DNA of 64,000 bases, taken from IMG/VR virus record IMGVR_UViG_3300036406_001149. One strand, written 5' to 3'. Position 1 is the stretch's first letter. Every line of letters begins with the position of its first letter. This document shows positions 52,821 through 61,131 of this stretch, in pieces. The notes beneath the pieces were generated by a model. It made no database searches and was not told the DNA's origin. It saw only the letters and a program-made list of their open reading frames with translations. Both the position numbers and the translations under genes were made by a program. This DNA is from a virus.

Positions 52821-52849
52821 AGTATATCATGTCTGTATCGTCTTGTCAA
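52821..52849 (-). promoter_or_regulatory. Sigma70-type promoter TTGACA-17-TATACT
   Basis: Spacer AGACGATACAGACATGA. Confidence 0.75.
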
Positions 52850-52884
52850 ACACGAAAACTTGAATTTATTCCAAATCAGACTGT

Positions 52885-53073
52885 TTATTGGCTACTAATT
52901 TCTACAAAATTATCAGATAATTCAAATCTGACAATTTCAGACAAGGATTCTTGAAATCTAAATTTATAAAGAAAATATTTTTGAATTTTAGTCAATATAA
53001 TTGAAATAAAATTTTTGGTTAAATTATCACCTTCTATGGTAATAGTAGCCATAACTATAATTTTCTTTTTCAT
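52885..53073 (-). CDS. Hypothetical protein
   Basis: ORF track. Confidence 0.4.
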   Translation of the reverse strand: MKKKIIVMATITIEGDNLTKNFISIILTKIQKYFLYKFRFQESLSEIVRFELSDNFVEISSQ

Positions 53074-53076
53074 ATT

Positions 53077-53529
53077 TTATTCCCATGGAAAATGAATCCA
53101 TTCTGTATTAACAGATCTCTTCAATTTTCTAGTAAAATAATCAACAGTAAAATTCTGTTCGCTATTATAGAATATAGCACAAGTTTTTAAACTATTTATA
53201 TCAAATCCATTGGCTATAAATTTAAGTATAATCTGTGATAAAGTGATCCCACTGTCGCATATATCATCTACAATGAGAATATTTTTGTCTTTGGATATTT
53301 CTTCCACTTCATAGAGTCTAACTTCATTATCTTGACTGTCTCTTAGTTGACAGCTCATCATAATCATGGGCTTATTAAGAGAATGACTTAATTTTATTGC
53401 TGGAATTAAACCTCCTCGTTTAACTCCAACTATATAATCGGGAATCCATTCACTGAAATGGATTTGGTCAATAATACTTTTAATATCTTGATCAAATAGA
53501 TCCCATGTGTATTTTATATTTGAATTCAT
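53077..53529 (-). CDS. Type I phosphoribosyltransferase (purine-salvage-like)
   Basis: IVGVKRGGLIPA; PRPP loop ILIVDDICDSGITL; WIHFPWE. Confidence 0.85.
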   Translation of the reverse strand: MNSNIKYTWDLFDQDIKSIIDQIHFSEWIPDYIVGVKRGGLIPAIKLSHSLNKPMIMMSCQLRDSQDNEVRLYEVEEISKDKNILIVDDICDSGITLSQIILKFIANGFDINSLKTCAIFYNSEQNFTVDYFTRKLKRSVNTEWIHFPWE

Positions 53530-53828
53530 CTATAAATAGTATATGGTTGATATAGCCATTGTACCACTGGTTCAGAAACAATCCTTTGTGTTTTATGAAA
53601 TAAGCATCTTTGCTCTACTACATAGTTATTGTACCAGACATAAGGAACAGCACGATATACGATTATTGGTTGCTGTAAAACAACATACGTTGGAGTAACT
53701 GGTTGAGATATAGTAGTTGTTTGTGTTTGGATAATAGTATTATTCTGTCCTTGATATGGTATCCAGTTATCTGCAAATGCTAGATTATTAACAAAGAAAA
53801 TACAAAATAGTAAGATATATTTATACAT
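53526..53828 (-). CDS. Secreted hypothetical protein
   Basis: Signal peptide ending AFA; P/V/Y-rich. Confidence 0.55.
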   Translation of the reverse strand: MYKYILLFCIFFVNNLAFADNWIPYQGQNNTIIQTQTTTISQPVTPTYVVLQQPIIVYRAVPYVWYNNYVVEQRCLFHKTQRIVSEPVVQWLYQPYTIYR

Positions 53829-53930
53829 AATTACATCCCTGTGGGGTAAGTTTGTCGATCTTTTATAATTATAAGGATTTCATTGTGTTTGTCACAACAT
53901 TCTATTCTATCAGATAAAACATAAACTAAC

Positions 53931-54086
53931 CTAGTTAGTAATTTCTAGAATAGTTTCTGCTAATACTGATCTTCCTACTATCTTGCCTCCTTCATAGGGA
54001 TCGTTTTCAATAATTCCTGTTGTCCATTGAAATATAATAGAGTTGCAAAGTTTTTTTATTTGTTCTAGTTTTTCTTCATCAGTCAT
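53931..54086 (-). CDS. 51-aa protein resembling 57239-57472
   Basis: Below cutoff: MTDEEKLEQIKKLC...YEGGKIVGRSVLAETILEI; ATGA-coupled. Confidence 0.45.
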   Translation of the reverse strand: MTDEEKLEQIKKLCNSIIFQWTTGIIENDPYEGGKIVGRSVLAETILEITN

Positions 54087-54417
54087 TTTCTACCTCTACT
54101 GGAATATATGCTGGTTGTTTAATATTGCAACGTCCAAGAGCAATTCTAACGCCCAGCTTTTTATTATAGTTCTCTTTTTTACTGCAAATAGCGAGTCCCT
54201 CGTAATGATCACCAGATGGACTATCAATTACAATTTGAGTTGATCCACCTTTAGTATCTGGATCAATAGGCCCATAACCACGATCACCACTGGGCTTGCT
54301 GCCTACTTGCCATTTATAGTAGCCGTTGTAAAGTCGATTATGAAGAACCCTGACCTTATATCCATCATTACGAAGCTGTTGAACTGTCATATTTTCTCCA
54401 ATATTAGTGTAAACCAC
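54079..54417 (-). CDS. Conserved phage hypothetical protein
   Basis: GYKVRVLH...KGGST...AICSKKENYNKKLGVRIALGR. Confidence 0.6.
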   Translation of the reverse strand: MVYTNIGENMTVQQLRNDGYKVRVLHNRLYNGYYKWQVGSKPSGDRGYGPIDPDTKGGSTQIVIDSPSGDHYEGLAICSKKENYNKKLGVRIALGRCNIKQPAYIPVEVEND

Positions 54418-54568
54418 AAACTTCCACTGTACGACTGATAATAATAGTATTGTATTCTGACAAAAAACTATTCAGATGATCTTGCTTAATTACCAACTCA
54501 CCATTACTCTGACCAATAAAATACTTGTCAAGTAAATCTTGAACTTTTTGTTGAACTGTTGGACTCAT
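54404..54568 (-). CDS. Hypothetical protein
   Basis: Start MSPTV at 54568 after GGAGA; first gene after promoter. Confidence 0.5.
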   Translation of the reverse strand: MSPTVQQKVQDLLDKYFIGQSNGELVIKQDHLNSFLSEYNTIIISRTVEVCGLH

Positions 54569-54591
54569 AAACTTTCTCCAAAGGATACCCA

Positions 54592-54619
54592 AGTATACTA
54601 CAGTATCGGCATTTGTCAA
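54592..54619 (-). promoter_or_regulatory. Sigma70-type promoter TTGACA-16-TATACT
   Basis: Spacer AATGCCGATACTGTAG. Confidence 0.75.
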
Positions 54620-54632
54620 TAGTAGCCTTGAG

Positions 54633-54662
54633 AAAAAAGACACGGGGGCAGTTACGCCCCCG
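54633..54662 (-). terminator. Rho-independent terminator after hsp20
   Basis: CGGGGGC-GTAACT-GCCCCCG followed by TGTCTTTTTT. Confidence 0.8.
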
Positions 54663-54685
54663 CTCTCGTTTAGATACAAAAAAGA

Positions 54686-55180
54686 TCAACCTTCTGTAAT
54701 TTTCAACTTTTTAGTTTTAGTATTAGTTTCTGAAGTAGATTTAATCAAATCAAAACTTAGTGTCAAAATACCATCTTTCAAGTTCGCTAATGGTTCTTTT
54801 TCACTCAAGTCTGAAGGTAATCGTATAACTCTCCTAAATTCTTGACTGCTCAATTCTTTAATCTGATATTGTTCGTTTTTTGCCAAATAATCCTCATGCA
54901 AAAATCCACCAACAGTCAACAATCTTCCTTCACCATCCTCAGACAATTCTACTATTAGATCATCCAACTTAACTCCTGGCACAGTATATTGCAAGATTAA
55001 TTTATTTTCTGTGCGTATAGCGTCCATCAACGGATAACCTCTCCCCTTTTTACTCAATCCAGTAAAAAAGTCATGACCAAAAATATTATTCATAGCTTGG
55101 TCTAACTCTTTACTAACCTCAGAAAATAGATCAACTCTGCGAGGGGCTAAATAGCCGTTTCTAGAAATAGAAAGATTCAT
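54686..55180 (-). CDS. hsp20: Small heat-shock protein (Hsp20/alpha-crystallin)
   Basis: YPLMD, YTVPGV, FRRVIRLP, ANLKDGILTL; GGAGG RBS. Confidence 0.88.
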   Translation of the reverse strand: MNLSISRNGYLAPRRVDLFSEVSKELDQAMNNIFGHDFFTGLSKKGRGYPLMDAIRTENKLILQYTVPGVKLDDLIVELSEDGEGRLLTVGGFLHEDYLAKNEQYQIKELSSQEFRRVIRLPSDLSEKEPLANLKDGILTLSFDLIKSTSETNTKTKKLKITEG

Positions 55181-55267
55181 AATAAACCTCCATTACAAAC
55201 TATAGTCATAGTTTAATAGTAAAAATTAGTCCATAAATGGCACTAATCGTTAATCAACACGATTAAC
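55181..55267 (-). promoter_or_regulatory. Three-hairpin 5' UTR, candidate RNA thermometer
   Basis: GTTAATC/GATTAAC; TTAGT-G-CCA/TGG-ACTAA; third hairpin pairs a U-rich tract with the GGAGG RBS. Confidence 0.5.
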
Positions 55268-55273
55268 ACCATA

Positions 55274-55302
55274 ATAATATTATGTCTGCTATATTATGTC
55301 AA
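55274..55302 (-). promoter_or_regulatory. Sigma70-type promoter TTGACA-17-TATTAT for hsp20
   Basis: Direct match. Confidence 0.65.
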
Positions 55303-55318
55303 GCTGGAGGATTGAGTT

Positions 55319-55540
55319 TTAAGTATTGTCCTTATAAAGACCAATACTCACTCCAGAATCAGCACTTTGATAATACTCTCCCTTACGATATTCTGGGAAA
55401 TCAACTTCATTAACCCCGAATTCTATTCTAAGATATTCATTAGCATAAACCTCTCCAACAAAATAGTCATCAAAGACTTTAACTTTCTCTATGGTGCTGT
55501 TTCTTGCTATAATAAAAACCCATCTCATTTTTTTCTCCAA
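55319..55540 (-). CDS. Hypothetical protein
   Basis: ORF track. Confidence 0.5.
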   Translation of the reverse strand: MEKKMRWVFIIARNSTIEKVKVFDDYFVGEVYANEYLRIEFGVNEVDFPEYRKGEYYQSADSGVSIGLYKDNT

Positions 55541-55614
55541 AAGACAGTTCTTTGTGTAAATTATACCACGTTTAGCTGAAAGGCCAACACGATTTTCGTG
55601 AGAGATATTAGAAA

Positions 55615-56550
55615 TTAAAACACTGGATTAATAATTCCATAACCCTGATATTTTCTTATTCCTTTATACTTAGGATTGTTTAAAGATATAGCGTGTAGTT
55701 TGAACACTTCTATATAATCTTCAAATGTTTTTAGTCTATATTTTTTATTTTTATTATTATAGCTTAATAGCAACGAAGCACAACCAACAACAAAAGGATT
55801 ACTCATGCTCGTTCCACTCATACTAGCGTATTTATTTCCTGGAACACATCCAATAATATTATGTCCAGGAGCTAAAAAGTCTAAATCGTCTCCACTACAA
55901 GTAAATGAGGTTCTATTCATGTTTTCGTCTATTGCTCCTATAGATATGGTATTTTTATACCTAGCAGGATACATTATTTCAGAATCTTCACCACTATTAC
56001 CGGCCGCACAAAAAACGATACATCCTTTACTATTAGCATAAGTTATGGCCTCTTCTATAAGCTTTGAGGGGGCTGGCGAACCAAGACTCATGGTAATAAA
56101 ATCCACAGATTGATTTGCGGCCCAGTGTATTCCGTCTGCTACAGCAGTCATTGATCCTGTTCCATTGTCTCCGAGAGATTTAACCGGAACAATCTTAGTC
56201 ATAGGAGCTACTCCAACCATTCCAAATCCATTGTCTGACGCTGCTATTGTTGATGATACATGCGTTCCATGACCAGCACCATCTACAGGGTCTTTATTTT
56301 GATCAATAAAATTTTTACCGGGTAATAGATTATCTACTAGGTCTTTGTGGTTCAGGTCACAGCCCGTATCTATTACAGCAACTACTACTCCTTCTCCTTT
56401 AGATTCCTTCCATAAATTGGGAATATTAAATTTTCTAAGTTCCCATCCTTGAGATTGTGGATCATCTACAGATAATCCGTATACATCCTCTCTTACATAT
56501 GGTAATAGTGATATATTATTTTTCTTTTTAAAAAAACCTTTAGCCATCAT
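55615..56550 (-). CDS. Subtilisin-like (S8) serine protease
   Basis: VAVIDTG (Asp), HGTHV (His), AAGN (oxyanion Asn), SGTSMSNP (Ser). Confidence 0.92.
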   Translation of the reverse strand: MMAKGFFKKKNNISLLPYVREDVYGLSVDDPQSQGWELRKFNIPNLWKESKGEGVVVAVIDTGCDLNHKDLVDNLLPGKNFIDQNKDPVDGAGHGTHVSSTIAASDNGFGMVGVAPMTKIVPVKSLGDNGTGSMTAVADGIHWAANQSVDFITMSLGSPAPSKLIEEAITYANSKGCIVFCAAGNSGEDSEIMYPARYKNTISIGAIDENMNRTSFTCSGDDLDFLAPGHNIIGCVPGNKYASMSGTSMSNPFVVGCASLLLSYNNKNKKYRLKTFEDYIEVFKLHAISLNNPKYKGIRKYQGYGIINPVF

Positions 56551-56552
56551 GA

Positions 56553-56810
56553 CTACTCCTTAAAAATCTCAAAATTTACAGTAAACAGCTTACCATCTGT
56601 ATTTCGATAAAATAATTCTGGCCCATCTTTCTTTGCCCACCAAATAAATGTATTCTTAATTTTGTTATTTATGTTCGGATTCCAACTAGCTGACCAAACA
56701 TCTGGCCCCATATCATCATGTGTTGATCGTGCAAATATGATCTTATATGGACTGCTAGTTCCATTATAAATCTGTATAGTTCCATCAAATCCAACTTCAA
56801 TGGGTTTCAT
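56553..56810 (-). CDS. Hypothetical protein
   Basis: ORF track. Confidence 0.5.
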   Translation of the reverse strand: MKPIEVGFDGTIQIYNGTSSPYKIIFARSTHDDMGPDVWSASWNPNINNKIKNTFIWWAKKDGPELFYRNTDGKLFTVNFEIFKE

Positions 56811-57252
56811 TATATTCTTCCTGAGTCATATAAGACCCATCTTTTTTTCTGGAAGTAAATTGGCCCATTCCCATACATTTTTCACAAGCTGCCATATCTA
56901 TTTTCGGCCCAGCAGCACCATATTCTTGAAGCAAAATCTTGTATTTGTTCTGAACAATGTCGCAATAATCGTAACCATCACCATAGGGTAGTCTAACACA
57001 CTTTTCACACTTGTCAACCATAAGATGATGATTTATGAATAATGCCAAACTAGCATCCATCATAAGCTTATTAACATCTGTTGGATATTCTCCAGAGCCT
57101 TTACATTGATTACAAGTTATCAGCGGTGGCTCTGATAGTTTTTGTACTTTCTTTTTATGGATAGGATTAAGAACAAAAATAGAGAATAATAGCCCTATAA
57201 CTGTTCCTAATACTATTATTGTTGGTTTAATATCAAAATTAGTTTCGTTCAT
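56797..57252 (-). CDS. TM-anchored protein with DnaJ-type zinc-finger repeats
   Basis: TM residues about 11-30; CNQCKGSG and CEKCMGMG (CxxCxGxG). Confidence 0.6.
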   Translation of the reverse strand: MNETNFDIKPTIIVLGTVIGLLFSIFVLNPIHKKKVQKLSEPPLITCNQCKGSGEYPTDVNKLMMDASLALFINHHLMVDKCEKCVRLPYGDGYDYCDIVQNKYKILLQEYGAAGPKIDMAACEKCMGMGQFTSRKKDGSYMTQEEYNETH

Positions 57253-57472
57253 AAAGAATCCTTAATATTTTACTTGCCATATGAGATATTCCCGCCTCTA
57301 ATCCTTCTGAATATGTTAATTTTTTACTACCTTCAAGCACCTTCATAAAGTCTATAGTATCAACATAAGGCCCGAATGGTTCAGCAGCCTCTTCTTTGCA
57401 TAAATCTTCTATCTTTTCTATTTTAGTGATAAGATATAGTAATTGTTTTTGAAAATCTTTAGTCGTTGTCAT
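57239..57472 (-). CDS. Hypothetical protein
   Basis: ORF track. Confidence 0.5.
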   Translation of the reverse strand: MTTTKDFQKQLLYLITKIEKIEDLCKEEAAEPFGPYVDTIDFMKVLEGSKKLTYSEGLEAGISHMASKILRILYERN

Positions 57473-57650
57473 TTTCCTTGTAGTAAATTACTACTTTGGT
57501 TCCATAATCACTAGTTATTCTAATCTTGTAAGGATCATAAGAAACTTTTAAGTGATGACACAAATCCTCACCAGCTCTTAATACTTCTTTTAGAGTTGGG
57601 GATTGTAGATAAATATCATTATCTTTCGATATATTAAATTGATTTGTCAT
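57459..57650 (-). CDS. Hypothetical protein
   Basis: ORF track. Confidence 0.5.
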   Translation of the reverse strand: MTNQFNISKDNDIYLQSPTLKEVLRAGEDLCHHLKVSYDPYKIRITSDYGTKVVIYYKENDND

Positions 57651-58084
57651 TCAAACTCCTTAAATAGCCATCGTTTAACTTCGTCTGGATGCTTATCTCT
57701 CATATATGGAGTAGCACTAATGTAACCAATAGCATAATCTATTTTACTTTTAAGGGCAGTAATAGACATTTCTAATGCTTTAATTCTATCTTTTTGAGAT
57801 TCACTAGATTTGTATGCTGATTCTAGTTGTATCTTTTTATCTTTAACTTCATTTTGTAATGGAGTAATTCGTGTTTCCCATAATTCGTCAATATCTTTTT
57901 GTCTTTTTTCTTCTGTCTCTGCAAGTTTTTGTTCTAGTTCTTTATAGCTTTTGTTGGGAGAATAAACTCTTGCTGTACATTTTTCATATTCTTCTTTTTC
58001 TTTTTTAAGATTAGCTATTATATATCTTAGCTCATCATTTATTTGAAATAATTCATCATAACTTAACTTATTATAGTCGTTCAT
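57647..58084 (-). CDS. Coiled-coil protein
   Basis: Charged heptad pattern. Confidence 0.55.
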   Translation of the reverse strand: MNDYNKLSYDELFQINDELRYIIANLKKEKEEYEKCTARVYSPNKSYKELEQKLAETEEKRQKDIDELWETRITPLQNEVKDKKIQLESAYKSSESQKDRIKALEMSITALKSKIDYAIGYISATPYMRDKHPDEVKRWLFKEFE

Positions 58085-58682
58085 TTAACATCCTTTTCAA
58101 TTTCTTAACAGCCATAGTTCTACTATTTTTCATAAGCTCATCAATAAGATCATCTAGCTTCTCATCAAGCGTCAAATCCGCTGGTTTAGGTTGGACGGGC
58201 GGGTTTATCAAGTCTTTAAATAAATCTTGCAAATTAGTTGCTATGCCTCCTAACGAGTCATTAGCAAACAAACCTATTGTATAGTGATGAGCATTACATT
58301 CATGCCCATTTGCCACAAAATAATTCATTCTTTCAAAAATATTATTCTCGTCGTTATTTGTGGTATGGTCTGTTTTATGAACCATGATAAAGTTCTTAAA
58401 AATAGTAATCTCATGATTAAGATTTAATGATAGATAATTGGGATACTTATCTTTTTTATCATTAGATAAATTGTATCTATTTAACTTGATATAGTCGCAT
58501 AGTTGATTGTCATGATGAAAAAAACTAAAATATGGATCATCATAATGATTACACAGAGATTGTGTTGGGCTATATCTCTCTAGGGAATCAATGCTATACA
58601 TTAGACCGCTTATAAGCCAATAGTATTTACTTGTATAGCTGGAAGAATCTAAACAATATGGTACTATGTCTTTAAGTTTCAT
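58071..58682 (-). CDS. Hypothetical protein
   Basis: ORF track. Confidence 0.55.
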   Translation of the reverse strand: MKLKDIVPYCLDSSSYTSKYYWLISGLMYSIDSLERYSPTQSLCNHYDDPYFSFFHHDNQLCDYIKLNRYNLSNDKKDKYPNYLSLNLNHEITIFKNFIMVHKTDHTTNNDENNIFERMNYFVANGHECNAHHYTIGLFANDSLGGIATNLQDLFKDLINPPVQPKPADLTLDEKLDDLIDELMKNSRTMAVKKLKRMLNERL

Positions 58683-58864
58683 GTGGGTTCTCCGCTTCCT
58701 AATCTATATAGCATCATTTTAATTTGATCAGTATTTTGTTCTATAATCATTTGTCGTGGGGTTTTATTATTAAATGCCGGATTAGGAGCATCTAACCAAG
58801 AGTTAATAAATTCTTCTTGTATTATTGTTTTTAATCTTTCTTTAAGTTCATCCGATGTTTTCAT
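58679..58864 (-). CDS. Stand-alone MbcA/ParS/Xre antitoxin C-terminal (DUF2384-type) domain
   Basis: INSWLDAPNPAFNNKTPRQMI matches WLxxPNxxLxxxxPxxLL. Confidence 0.7.
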   Translation of the reverse strand: MKTSDELKERLKTIIQEEFINSWLDAPNPAFNNKTPRQMIIEQNTDQIKMMLYRLGSGEPT

Positions 58865-59084
58865 TTGTGTATACTTTCATTATCGACAAAAATTGTTCTA
58901 TACTTTTTTGTGTAGTTTCTTTTGTGTCTCCATAATCTATAAATAGCCATCCATTCAATTCTGACCATATAAATAATTTAGTTGGACAATCAGAAATCTT
59001 AAACAATTTACCATTATATTCTAATATACAAGATATTAGGGTATTGCCATCTATTTGAGATCGTCTTTCGTTAATGATTCTCAT
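58848..59084 (-). CDS. Hypothetical protein
   Basis: ORF track. Confidence 0.5.
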   Translation of the reverse strand: MRIINERRSQIDGNTLISCILEYNGKLFKISDCPTKLFIWSELNGWLFIDYGDTKETTQKSIEQFLSIMKVYTNENIG

Positions 59085-59105
59085 ACTACTTGTAATATTC
59101 CTATA

Positions 59106-59190
59106 GTTAACCCCGCCCCGCCTACTCTGTCGGCAATTAGCCTAGTTGATCTACGCACTAAGCGTAAACATTCGACGGGAACAGGGTTAA
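59106..59190 (-). ncRNA. 85-nt GC-rich structured intergenic RNA candidate
   Basis: 45 of 85 nt are G+C; long closing stem GTTAACCCTG.../...CGGGGTTAAC; internal TTTACGC-TAGT-GCGTAGA hairpin. Confidence 0.5.
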
Positions 59191-59200
59191 CATTTTTATG

Positions 59201-59410
59201 TTAATCTAGTCCTAGTTCTTGATCAAGTTGGCTCAATTTATTTAGTGCTTGTAGTCGCTGATAGTTCAAACCCGCCGCAAATCCACATTGGAAATAATAA
59301 AAATCATTAGTATTTCCCTCATGATCTCCATCATCCCAAACTTCTTTAGCTAGAGCTTTAGCTTTTTCATATTGTTCTTTAATTTTGTTTAAAACTTCTT
59401 GATCAATCAT
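59201..59410 (-). CDS. Hypothetical protein
   Basis: ORF track. Confidence 0.5.
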   Translation of the reverse strand: MIDQEVLNKIKEQYEKAKALAKEVWDDGDHEGNTNDFYYFQCGFAAGLNYQRLQALNKLSQLDQELGLD

Positions 59411-59609
59411 GAGTCACCACAATCTTTACCCCATCAAATTCATGACGATCACAAGAATCATGAATACCACTACGAAATGGTTTATTGACAACAACAAAAT
59501 CAAAATTAAAGTCCCCGTTCAAACTATGCTCTTTGGTCAAATGGTCAAAAAGAATATCTTGAACATCTTGGACGCTGAGTACGATTTCTTTCTTATTTTG
59601 AATTTTCAT
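59403..59609 (-). CDS. Hypothetical protein
   Basis: ORF track. Confidence 0.5.
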   Translation of the reverse strand: MKIQNKKEIVLSVQDVQDILFDHLTKEHSLNGDFNFDFVVVNKPFRSGIHDSCDRHEFDGVKIVVTHD

Positions 59610-59797
59610 AATAGGTAGTATTCTTTAAGAGTTTGATACAAATTATTCACCTGTTCCTCATCCAATCTTAGTTCAGTAGGATCACTATTATTATAACTAA
59701 AAACCCTGATCAAGTAAGGTTTGTTCTTTAAAAGTTTATTGTAATGAATCTCAACAATATCATATTCAAGATTCAGAGTTCTTAGTAAGGTCATCAT
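59606..59797 (-). CDS. Small protein, family member with 60157-60336 and 61314-61499
   Basis: DIVEIHYNKLLKNKPYLIRV. Confidence 0.55.
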   Translation of the reverse strand: MMTLLRTLNLEYDIVEIHYNKLLKNKPYLIRVFSYNNSDPTELRLDEEQVNNLYQTLKEYYLL

Positions 59798-60068
59798 TAT
59801 TTTTACTTAAATTCCTAAGACACTCAATATCTTGTTTCATAACCTCTCTAGCAATTTCCATTTGCTCTGATTGTTCATTATCAAAATCCAATAGGGCAGG
59901 ATTAATAAGATCAATCATATAGTCTTTTGCAGCGGCCAACATAATTTCATCACCCACATCAATAAGAAGATCGCTAAGATCATATACTATCTTATCAACC
60001 AGATCAACAACTGCCATAAAATCATTACGATCAAGTTTAGATAGTTCTTGTTTGATATTAACTTCCAT
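59766..60068 (-). CDS. Small protein, paralogue of 49829-50044
   Basis: Likely start MEVNIKQ at 60068; 22-bp exact DNA repeat with the paralogue. Confidence 0.65.
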   Translation of the reverse strand: MEVNIKQELSKLDRNDFMAVVDLVDKIVYDLSDLLIDVGDEIMLAAAKDYMIDLINPALLDFDNEQSEQMEIAREVMKQDIECLRNLSKNNDDLTKNSES

Positions 60069-60156
60069 TAAAATAACTCTCCATATCCATTCCACCAATC
60101 ATAAATTCGTACACAAGCCATATATCCTAGTATACCAAATAATACAAGTCCAGCCA

Positions 60157-60336
60157 TTAGTTATTCTCCACAAATTCATTAATAAAATCAGCCATGTCTT
60201 TTAGTTCATCTTTACTAAGATTAGGCCAAACATATTGACTACTCAATACTATTTGATAAGGATGATCTGGGTGTGTTGATCTTCCTTTACAAATATGCAA
60301 GATAAAGTCTTTACCCTTGAGAGATTCAGTTTTCAT
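60157..60336 (-). CDS. 59-aa protein, family member with 61314-61499
   Basis: Below cutoff: MKTESLKGKDFILH...PYQIVL...SKDELKDMADFINEFVENN; TAATG-coupled at both ends. Confidence 0.55.
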   Translation of the reverse strand: MKTESLKGKDFILHICKGRSTHPDHPYQIVLSSQYVWPNLSKDELKDMADFINEFVENN

Positions 60337-60545
60337 TATTTGTTCTCCTTATCTCTCCACAAAGGATAATCATTTTCATTTTTAGCCAATTTGTTCGCTA
60401 AATTCACTATCTCTCTTTCGCTCCAACCACTAAAATACCCCCTCATATGTATTTGGGTCAATTCATTACTACGAGTATTCTCATAATACTTCTGAACTGC
60501 TTCTATCCAATTTTTAGTTGCTAGTTGTAGCGGATTTTCGGTCAT
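60336..60545 (-). CDS. Hypothetical protein
   Basis: ORF track. Confidence 0.5.
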   Translation of the reverse strand: MTENPLQLATKNWIEAVQKYYENTRSNELTQIHMRGYFSGWSEREIVNLANKLAKNENDYPLWRDKENK

Positions 60546-60732
60546 CAGTTATGCTCTCCAAAAATGTCTTAGGTTTGAATCCATACTCATCTGCAACACT
60601 CTCTCTCAATAATGTAATTGTCATATCCATAATTTTACAATAATCCCACAGAGAGAATTCATATCCGTCAGGAGTATTATTATCCCAATTTTTTAAAAAC
60701 TTGATTATGTTTTTCTTAAGTTTCTTGGTCAT
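60514..60732 (-). CDS. Hypothetical protein
   Basis: ORF track. Confidence 0.5.
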   Translation of the reverse strand: MTKKLKKNIIKFLKNWDNNTPDGYEFSLWDYCKIMDMTITLLRESVADEYGFKPKTFLESITDDRKSATTSN

Positions 60733-61131
60733 TATTGATTATCCAAAACTTCCCTTAAAAGATTAACGGCAGTCTCAAGCCACAAATCATAATCGGTTAT
60801 ATTAAAATCATTCTCAGTATTATCATAATCCACAATAAAGTTCTTGATATTACTTTGTAGTTTATCGCTCATGGGTTATCCTCCACAAATTGGTTAAGAA
60901 AATTGGCTAATCCCCGAATTTCATCCCTAGTTAACTTCATCTTAGTCCATTCCCAACTGATCACATTATTAATAGTCAGATTATATAGTTCAGCTCATTT
61001 AGTACAAGGCCCGTCCTTAACTGTTCCATCTTCATTAAACAGTATCTCATTAGGAATTTCTTGTTTCCAACATTCCATATCGAAATTGAAAACATCAGCC
61101 TTATAACTATCTTTGATTACAACGCTACTCA

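Noticed and set aside
55200-55270. CIRCE/HrcA operator upstream of hsp20
   Set aside because: The inverted repeats (GTTAATC-N5-GATTAAC, TTAGT..ACTAA) do not match TTAGCACTC-N9-GAGTGCTAA; kept instead as RNA hairpins.
584-60000. Numerous plus-strand ORFs in the track (e.g. 584-943, 22693-23334, 23388-23903, 33041-33559, 38776-39255)
   Set aside because: They lie antisense to well-supported minus-strand genes, lack RBS or motifs, and have the I/L/F/S-rich composition of shadow frames.
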